Shown piece by piece: positions 11,101-20,386 of a DNA stretch of 45,150 nt. Both the position numbers and the translations under genes were made by a program. Under the pieces are notes generated by a model that did not search any database, was not told the DNA's origin, and saw only the letters and a list, made by a program, of their open reading frames with translations. The DNA is from Klebsormidium nitens. Its lineage: Eukaryota > Plantae > Klebsormidiophyceae. The number at the start of each line of letters is the position of its first letter. The stretch's first letter is position 1. The DNA is taken from positions 1-45,150 of the forward strand of contig DF237632.1 of NCBI GenBank assembly GCA_000708835.1. The letters run 5' to 3'.

Positions 11101-14100
11101 AAGATCGATCCGCCCCCCTGAAATCCCCAAAACGCCTTTTAATTTGAAGTAACCATATCTGGCATCATTACGTCTTCCAGGTCAACTTCCTGAAGCGCAG
11201 CGGTGGTGAGCTGGCAGACCTGTGGACCTCTTTTGTCGACAAAGCCAAATACTTCGACAATAGCCGGTTCCTCCCCTCCTGAATCCTTTTGAAACCCCTT
11301 CTACTTTGAAGTAAGCCTGTCTAGCATCACACGTCTTTCAGGTCAACTTCTTGAAGCGCAGCGGGGGTGAGCTGGCGAACCTCTTTTGTCGACAAAGCCG
11401 AATACTTCGACAAAAGCCGATTTCCCCCCTCCCGAAATTTCTAAAACCTCTTACTCTAAGTAACCATGTCTGGCATCATTTTGTCTTCCAGGTCAACTTT
11501 TTGAAGCGCAGCGGCGGTGAGCTGGCAGACCTGTGGATCGACCTGGAGGGGCGGCGCGCCAAGGCGGCGAACAGCCGGCTGCACATGCGGGTCGTGCTCA
11601 CCAACACGGTCAACGACTCCGGGGACTCCGAGTCTTACGTTAGCTCCAAGCTGCTTGAGAAAGTCAAGTCGGAGACGGGACGCGCGGTAAGTCTTCCGCT
11701 GCAATTTGAAATTCTGCACTTTAGCATTTGTCGGTCTTTGGTTTTCCCTGAGATTTGGCTTTGTATCTGGAGTGCCGATATGTCGGGCTTTTTAGATAGA
11801 ACGTTGTATAGATGTCGAAGGTTTGGGGCTGGGTTACTATGGTCGAGTTGCTGCTTTGGGCACTTAACGACGTGGAAACAAGGGTTCGGAGGGGTTCAGG
11901 TCCTTCCCATACCTGACCCTCCAAGTCGGGCTTTCAAGCTGGGGCGAACTGCTCTGTCAAAAGCCCTTTCACGGCTTTCAAAACAGTACTTGACCACGAT
12001 CACCTGCTTTAAGGAGACCAGATTGCACACCCATGGTTCCCTGTTGCTGAAACATTCTTCTATGTTGTGCAGCTGACGCACAGCGACAGTAAGCGAAACG
12101 AGGCCTTCCAGCGGCTCTTCCATCTGCCCGAGCACGAGACGCTGATCAACGACTACGTATGCGCCGTCAAGAAGAAATTCAATCTGCAGGTGTGTGGTCT
12201 GATCAGAATCTGTCGCTTCATAAGCTTTGAATACGGCTCGTAGTTTATATTGCACCCAAACCAGGGTAAACGTACCCGGTTTCGAAGCGTGGGAAAGCTT
12301 TGAAACGTGCGGACAGGACTGACAGAAAGTTGATGTGGATAGTTGGGACGGTCCGAAAGAGACAAAGTCAGTCCAGCAATGTGAGAGGGAAGCAACCTCA
12401 AATTACAGTGCATTGCACGGAGTGTCAGGCTGTGCAAGGAAGTGACGTCGTTGCAAAGGCTGTCCTCAGAAAAAAGTTTCATGCATTCCTAATTTGTTTC
12501 TGCACAGGCAAGGTGCAATGACCAAGCCCTCCGCTGTTCTCTGTGTTCCCTTCCCCCATACGGCCACATGATTTTATCCCTCCGTTGTTGACTCACTTGT
12601 CTCTTTTTCCTCTCCTCCCCCCCCCAGGGCCGCGTGTTTCTGTCCCCCCGCCAGCTCGCCTTCTACAGCAACATCTTCGGCCACAAGACGCAGTTCAGCA
12701 TCGCGTGGGAGGACATCGACGAGATCCGCGAGAACAGCACCTCGGTTAGCAAGTTCACCCGGCTGCTTAACCCGTACGTAACCCTGTACGCGCGCAAGGG
12801 GCGCGCCCTGGACGCAAAAGCGGGGTCGTACGGCGTCGACAACAAGGGGCGGCTCAAGTTCCGCTTCCAGTCGTTCGTCAAGCCGGGGCCGGCCCTGCGG
12901 TGAGAGAGGAAGTTAGGTTCGTGTTTGTGGTGTTTGTTCGTGATTCGTTTTTACAAGTTAGTAGCGTCAGCACTAGAACTCGGGAAACGTAAGTAAGGGA
13001 ATTGAAGGGGTCCACAGCCCTCTTTTTGGCGATAATGGGTGCGTCCAGTTCCGCTTCCAATTCTTCGTCAAGCCGGGGCCGCCCCTGAGGTGAGGGGTGT
13101 GGCATTCTTGGGTCAGGGATGCGAGATACACGGGGGGAAATGTGTTGACTTTTTTTTGAGCAATGGGCTATGCAACTCCGGCACCAGTCCGTTGTCACGG
13201 CGGGGTCAGTCATGAGCTTTAGGTATGACTTTTAGGGCATGCTGTCCACATTTTCGGAAATCTTTGCGACAGGGCCTTCGGGTGTCAGGTGCTCCCCACT
13301 TTCGGCATCGTCTGCTCTCGTCGTTTCCGAGTGGATACCTCGTGGAATTTGCACATCTTACCCCCAATACAGGAATTGATCCGGCGCGAATTCTGCAACA
13401 ACCCGGAATGCTGAAGACCTCCGAAACAAGTTCCTTTGCTTGTTTCCCAAACTGTCTTTTCTTTCCTTTCCAGGACGATCCAGGTGTTGTGGAAGAACCG
13501 CGCGTGCTCGCCCGAGCAGTGCGCGGCGAAAGTCGCGGAGGCGACCAAGCACCTGACGACCAGCTCGGACGACACCGTCTCGACGGACGGGTCCGAAGAC
13601 GGGCCGTTCCTGGCGCTCGAAGAGCCCGAGATGACGGTGAGCTGACGTACCCTCAATTCGTATACGTTCTACAATCCTTGAAAACGTGAATACCTACCCC
13701 TCTTTTGGAAGCTTCGTGCCGTCTGGGGTCGCGAATACGGGAACATCTTGGCTGGCACTTCCGCTTGCAATCCGCCGTGAGCTGGGCAGAGAGTTTGGCG
13801 GTTGTCTGGCCGGCCCTTCGGCTTGGAGAACGGAGCTGCGAGTATGGCGACTTTTTGGCCGGCGCTTGTGCTTGAGTTTTGCCGGAAATGCGGACAGGGC
13901 GACTCTTTGACTGGTGCCATCTGCTGAAAGTTCGCCGCAATCCGCAGTTGCTGGGCAGTCGGTGGCACTGGAATGCGGACAGTGGGAACTGTGGTGTGTT
14001 GTTCGGGAGCCGCATACCGAAGGTTTAAGGGAAGAAAGTCCGGTCTGACAATCGACCCCATCGCTGCTGCGCGCAGCGGGGTGCCCAAGAGTGACGTTTC

Positions 14101-16020
14101 GATTGGGAAGGCCGCACTCAAGGAAGCATTCTTTAGATTTGCCGTGCTCAAACTGAGTACGTTTCGCAGACAAGTATGAACAAGCAGAGTCTCCCTTTTC
14201 TGCCGTCCGCAGCTGGCGTCCGAAATTGACGTGCCAATCCGAAGTGTCGCGCTGCGCCGCATGTTAAGGAAGACAAGTGTGGAAACTGGGAAGCCGCACA
14301 CAAAAGCCATGAGAGCAGCTAAACCTTAGCGGAAGTTGACTCGGACGGTCTGACAATATTTCTTTCGTCCGCAGCTGGCGTCCGAGATCGACGTGCCGAT
14401 TGGGAAGGCCGCGCTGTGCCGCATGTTCGAAGAGGACCAGCTGGACGAGCGCGTCGCGACCGCGCGCGGCCTCGTCTACTACGAACACACGCCCTGGGAG
14501 CAGCTGGACGACCGCACGCCGCCCACGTTCCGGCGAGAGGTGGGCGCATTTACAATGTATTTTCTAGTTCGCATCCATACCGTATCGTGTAAAGCTGACA
14601 GATTTCAGTTCTCGAAAGTCAAAAGTTAGAGACTTTGGCTGGTCATTTATGACTATACACCCCTGAAAAATGAATTTGAGGAGCGAACGCCGACGTTCCG
14701 GCACACTTACACCGTACTCTTTCAAACATACTTTGATTCCTCGGAACAGAGTAGGTAACTGAGGTTTTCGCTCGTCAACTGCGAACACTGGCCATGGGAT
14801 GGCATTGAAGACCTTGAAGGCTCACCGTCCGACTTCCGATGTTCGCTACTTTTATCCTTGCGCAAACTCTGCTAGGTACGTTCGTCCTCCTCTCCTTCTC
14901 CCCGTCGCTTTCGCGCTTTACCTTCACGTCTCCTTTTCTGAAACTTACTCGCTCGAGATACGCCGTGCGTTTGCGTTCTTTGATCGCCGAGTCCGCGAGT
15001 TTGTCAAGCGACTGGCAAGCGGGAGAAGTCGCTTCTCTACAATAGCAACAAAATCAGTACGTCTTTTGCCACATTAGATCACCAGTTATGTGAAAGCAGA
15101 CCAGGTTAGGCTAGCGGTGACGCGTCAATGTCGCGATCTGGTTTATGACATACGGAAACATTTCCAAGAACGTAGGAGTCTAAATGTACGAGTCTCTGAT
15201 CTGTTACGGCTCTCCGCTTCTGCCAGGTGTCGTACTCGTACCCTCGCCGAGTGTGCCCGTTCGGCAGCCGCGTGACGTCACTGTGCCAGCTCACCAAAGT
15301 GAGCGACGAGCACACGATCATCGAGGAGATCTCGACGCTGCACGACGTGCCGTTCGGGAACCTGTTCCAGGTGCAGACGAAGAGAGTCGTGACAGGCATT
15401 GGGCCCAGCAAGACGCACATTCAGGCGCTCGTGGGTAAGGCGCCGCTCCTAGTTGCACGTCTGCCGGTGCCCTGACGTTTGTGGTTGACGACTTGCGTCA
15501 CTTGACCTTTTCCAATTCCTTTACGCCTTGTGGGTTTCGGGTCTGCTGAAATTCTCAAAAGACGACTTCAGATTCGGGGAAACGGCATTGGAAAGGACAG
15601 TTGGAAGCGTCGCACTCTGATATCAGCCAAAGCGAGCATCCTATGCGCTTTCTTCGCCTTTCGATTTGCCGTCGGTTCTGTTGCTCCCCGCGTTCGAAAC
15701 GTTGCTGGTGACACGTCGGAGCGAAACTACATCTCTGCGCAACCAGCAGCGAACGTGTATGTACGTACTTTTGGTCTGCTCTTAAACATTGATATGCTTT
15801 TCTCGTTTTTTCTGTGGTCCTGAACCCTGTATGAATCAGGCGACTCGTCATTTCTGCAGGCGTGAGCTTCCACCGCAAGACCCGCTTCCAGAGCCGTATC
15901 CGCTCTAGCGTGCTGCAGCACAACGTGCGGGACCTCACCGAGACCGCCAATATTATCGTCACCGAAGTCATTAAGTCGGTGCAGTGCGGCGAGGGCCCGA
16001 TTGTCACTGGGCGAAAATAA
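5125..16020 (+). CDS. C2 and GRAM domain-containing protein (C2-VASt-TM-C2-GRAM-VASt; At1g03370-like lipid transfer/membrane contact protein), 15 exons
   Basis: GT-AG exons with compatible phases where checked: 5125-5280, 5921-6113, 6667-7079, 7887-8081, 8587-8835, 9176-9491, 9964-10146, 10594-10700, 11492-11686, 12073-12189, 12628-12899, 13474-13636, 14375-14539, 15227-15434, 15860-16020 (TAA). Motifs: EARNLAAKDSNGLSDPYV and NLNPVWNE (C2); DAPYGGTF (VASt); GLDLPDS near the TM segment; GDHGIRAQGEGWLLTVALIEG (second C2); GRVFLSPRQLAFYSNIFGHKT (GRAM); LHDVPFGNLFQV (VASt). Confidence 0.93.
10706..10745 (+). repeat. (GGAAC)n microsatellite immediately after the exon 8 donor
   Basis: GGAAC GGAAC GGAAC GGAAC GACC GGAAC GAAC GGAAC GA. 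Confidence 0.85.
11010..11540 (+). repeat. Tandem repeat of the exon 9 acceptor plus exon start: three intronic copies and the real junction
   Basis: The motif TCTTYYAG|GTYAACTTYYTSAAGCGCAGCGG.GG.GAGCTGGC begins (exon side) at 11022, 11181, 11342 and 11492. Unit lengths are 159, 161 and 150 bp. Confidence 0.92.
12846..13095 (+). repeat. Intronic duplicate of the exon 11 3' end plus donor site
   Basis: AGTTCCGCTTCCAGTCGTTCGTCAAGCCGGGGCCGGCCCTGCG|GTGAG is repeated 180 bp downstream as AGTTCCGCTTCCAATTCTTCGTCAAGCCGGGGCCGCCCCTGAG|GTGAG. Confidence 0.88.
14041..14430 (+). repeat. Two degenerate intronic copies of the exon 13 acceptor plus exon start
   Basis: GTCCGCAG|CTGGCGTCCGA..T.GACGTGCC at 14213 versus the real junction at 14375. 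CGGTCTGACAAT...GCGCAG|...GATTGGGAAGGCCGC appears at 14041-14115. Confidence 0.75.
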
Positions 16021-19000
16021 GCTCCCGCAAGAGTGCTTATTCTTCTGCATTCAGCGGAAAATGTTCCTGTAGATAAATACCTCGGTTTGACACAGCGGCG
16101 GCTGTGTACGGTCAGCCTGTCGGTTGTTAGTAGGAGATTCTCTGGGGGTGTAAATCTTTGCGTTATTGTATACTCTCTGGAACCGAAGGTCTTTTGGGGC
16201 TGGCAGCTTGCCAGAGCCAAGAGGCGCGGCAAGGGATGAGACTAATTCAATCATTAGGTCCAAAGTGCGTCCGCATGTTTCGACACGAAAATCGGATGGA
16301 CCCTCATTGTTGTTGGCCGCTAATATGGCCCATGCCCTAGAAAGAAAGGGATTTTGCGACCGGACCATTTTACTCAATTGCTACCGTTTTCGAGGTCGCG
16401 GCGAGGTCGTGATGTTAGGTCCGACCTTCTACAGAGTTGACGCTGCATGAGCAGTGTGCATGAAATGAATCAGTAAGAGACCAAAGATTGGATTATTACA
16501 ATACTCAGGATCATGCGCATTTCTTGTCCTGCCTGGTCGTGACGTCGACTGCATGCCAGGAACTCCCGCGAGCCCGTGCATGAGTTAAGACCGTCTACCC
16601 ACGCAACTGGCACTGGCACACATACAATCAGCCGGCGCCATGGCTTGCCTTGCACGTGCCATGTCACACCCGGACCGCGGCCCGCTGTCAATTCGTGTGG
16701 CAGCGTTATATAAGCCAATCCATGCATGTGATCTAAATGCGGTCGGAGTGCATCGTGACAAGCGCTATACCGACATCAGTGTGCAGGTCGTGTCAAACTT
16801 TAATATAGCACGTACACTCGATGTCAGAGTCTAAGTTGCAGTGCATGGACCATGCCTATTAAATGGACCATGCCAATTAATGCTGAATTAGAATCCGAAA
16901 AGAGGTCTATACTCACGGCCGCCCAGGAGCGGATTGACAGTATACGTCTGGCCACAAGCTGCAGTTGATATTAACGAGAGTGCATGTGATATGTCTTGCA
17001 TGATCTTGGCACAAGCTGGATCATACGGCTGCAGGCTGGAACATTGGCATGCTAAGTTCGATCAGTCTTGGCAGTCCGGCCCGCAAGCGCAATCATCCCC
17101 GGGAGAATAAAACGCGTAATGGTGCATTCTTGTCAAGCTGTCCGTACAATCACATTCGTTACGATGAGGCTTGGGCAAGCCTTCGGAATTGTCGGACCAG
17201 TCCCTGACGTACAAATCATTTAAACCGCCTCCAGGTGTTACTCAAATGAAGGAGCGTCTAATCATGTTCTCGGTAGTATTTACCCATATGCTAGCTGCAG
17301 TGAGCAGGGGATGCACACTGCGTAATCAGCTGCATGAAGCATTCGACTACCAAGACGGTCGAGAGGAAAGATCACGCTATTACATTCCAAACTTTGCCAA
17401 GCCTGATCTGATCGTACCAAGTACTGCTCTAGTGCGGGCCTTTTAGAACCTTCAGTAGTGCCCATGTTTGGAGCAGTCTTCCTTCCATTACGAGTTGATT
17501 GCGGGCTGTCTGAGAGCGTCACGTGTACCAACATAGCCCCCTCAAGCTGTCAAGCCAAGAGTATGCTGCAAGGAATCCTTGAATCTGTGAAACACCTGTT
17601 GTACGATATGCAAATTGCGATTCAGGGAAGCGAGGGGGACAGGGATCTGGGGAGAGGGGACGTAGCGAACCCGGGAATTGAAGGACTTGCTTGGACACAT
17701 GCATACAAAGACTCCCGATCGCTTTGATCGCTTAATCGAAACGTATCATGCAATGATGAACAGCATACCATCAGCGATCACATCCCGATCACAATGCTGA
17801 TGAACATACAACGAAGTTCAACAAGGACACGAGGTTCGAAACCGTCCCCTTTCTACGCTGACGGCTCTTTGATACAATGGTTCCCGATTTCGGTTTCCGC
17901 TAGCGCGCTTGAAGGCCCCATGCCCGGCCCCGCATGCCCGTGCCACTGAAGCCAATATAGTTATTCGATCGTTACCAGCTACTTATATGCGGAAGAAGGT
18001 TACTCGACTAGGGTTAAATTAGGATTTGCATCTAATCTGATCTGTAGTCCTAGGCCGGTTGCCTGATTGCTGGCGACAAGAAAAAGCCTGGCCATGGAAT
18101 GCAAATGGAAGTACACTAAGGAGCGGATTCAGCCAGTTCCGCCGCCCGACCCCCTTCCGTTCCCGGATATTGCGGGATGTCGGCGTACGGTAGAAAGTCA
18201 CGACGCACACCTTCATGCAATTCAAATAGATGTAAGATACCTACGTCGCGTTTGACTTTAAGACGTCAAAGGCTGGTCACACAGTACACTATGAATTGGA
18301 TGAACCGGAAAATGAAGAACACATATACAAGCCAAGCTACATGCTCTCTCATTTCCACTCGTAATTACGGGACGAGTAAAACCGTTCTGCATCCATGCCC
18401 TCTTGGCAACATGCTTCAATGAAACGACGAGCTGAAGATAATGATGGAAAGAATCTTCAGTTATGCATGTGCTTTGCAGGTGTCCCTATGATAAACCCAT
18501 ATTGTAACAAGTATGGTATTTGTTCAAAGCTAATGCTAGAAGACTAGGAGGCTATGCTAAATGAAGCAGGTTATGTTCAACTACTGGCCTGGTCCGTTAT
18601 CATTTGACGCTCAGTCTTTTGGGCTGTGTCCCGTGACTGCTGCCGATGGAGCCTGTTCCTATAAGCTATGGGACCGGGTCTGGGGGTTTTGAGCATAGAG
18701 ATGCAACCAATATTGGATACAGAAGAAGAAAGGGCAGTCTCCTCTGAGCATGCAACTACGGAATCAAAGATCATTGATGAGGGTTTAAGCAGCAACGTTG
18801 ACGTCAGATTGTCCCTGCTGCTTTCATCGCTTCATAGTTAATCCAAATCACTGTCCGGGAGTCGTGCATACCTGTGAAGCAGAGAGGAATCTTGGTCAGG
18901 AGATGTTGTCAGAGAAGGGGTCTTCTGAAGATGCCAAACGAAGTTAGTTCAAGCACTTGCAGTGGTGGATCCTGTTGCAATCTCCCCAGACCCGGTTCCT

Positions 19001-20386
19001 TGAGCTAATTGGTGTCGGTAGCGAAAGCTGAGAATAGCCGAAAGCTAGAGCGGGTGAAGTTTGGTGAGGCAGCGTTTCTCTACTCTACTGTCATTTGCAT
19101 GTGTCACTTTTACGAGCGCAGCGAACCGACCGTACCTGATCCGACTGGATTCCCGGCCCGGACTCGGAAGTTATGTAGCTGCCGCAACTTTCGAAGGGGA
19201 TCCCTGGGGGATCATCCGATACGGACTTCTCAGGTTTGGCCATCCCAGGACATAGTGCAACAAGAACGGGACAAGAACACTGTCAAAGACGGTAAACTCT
19301 GCACGACAAATGCATCTCATTGCAGTATCATCGTCCCTAGCACGGTAAGTAACCACGTAGAGTTAGCCCGAGTTAGCACGAGTTAGCACTACTGCTCTAC
19401 TGAGCTACCTCGCGGAGCTGCTTTTTGCCGAGGCCATGTGAGTCGACGTGGTGGATCTGTGAATCTATAACCCTCAGGCTGCTGTAAAGTCTCTATTTGA
19501 AAGCAATCCGCGGCCCGGCCAGACTTGCGCTAGAGGCCATCTTTTGGAGGGCTTTTGGAAAAACCAGGGTAGGTACAGCTGAGCAGCGGAACAAGCTTGC
19601 AATCGTTATATATCCAAGCTGCGAGGAGTTATGGATTAAAATCCGGCTTCTCTGCGAAGCTATTTTTCTAAGAACACGTCGAAATCCAGATGCGGGCGCC
19701 GACTCGGACGTTCTACTGTGACGGGGCGCCGGCGCCTACGCGGTACTGGGTATCAAAGCCGGCACAACGAAGGGCAATCAGACGTATGTATGTACGCAAT
19801 GCGCTGCATGTGCATATGCTAGCGCTATCATGAAGGGAGCCACGCCCTTCGGCATACATCCACGAACCGCTTCTGACATTTACTCGTCGGAACGTTAGGA
19901 GCTGCCATGTGTCTCTTTGTCAAAGTCGTACTTGAACGCACAATCCCCGACTCCGAGGTCCGTACACGAAACCGGCGCATGCCAGCTGACTCGGGCTGTG
20001 AATCGTGATCGGATGATCGCCGCGCCGCTGATCAGCGCCCCTGACGTTGACAGCGCACTGCTGACTGGCTGACTACGTCTGAAGTACAGCAGAACTCATA
20101 ATACCCATCAATCTTATCAATCATATTGGGGACGGAGATGACTGGATGTCGATGGGCAAATCCAGATCGCAAGCAGCAAACGCCCCGTTGAACGTCGTTT
20201 GATAGAAAGCTTTGAGTCAGCTGAAAAGAAGCGGCCTTGAGGCCACAGGTTGCAGGACGTACGTCTTGGCTCGTGCAAAGATCGAAGACGAGAGGTATCA
20301 CTCGGTCTCACACCTTGCGCACAGCTTGCAGGCGCCAACCTCCGTCGCTGTTCCTGTTGAAAGGCTGGCTTGGACACTGATTGGAT

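Noticed and set aside
11022-11491. Repeat-spacer pattern superficially like a CRISPR array
   Set aside because: The whole 150-161 bp unit is homologous, the repeat is exon sequence, the context is eukaryotic and no cas genes are present.
16925-16945. GGATTGACAG resembling an 18S rRNA motif
   Set aside because: The match is only about 10 nt and the flanks are not rRNA-like.
17790-17850. CTGATGA...GAAA hammerhead-like words and a B-box-like GGTTCGAAACC
   Set aside because: Stem II does not pair, and there is no A box or cloverleaf.
18600-19386. Short ORFs and a GTAAGT donor suggesting a hidden gene
   Set aside because: No recognisable domain and no consistent exon chain.
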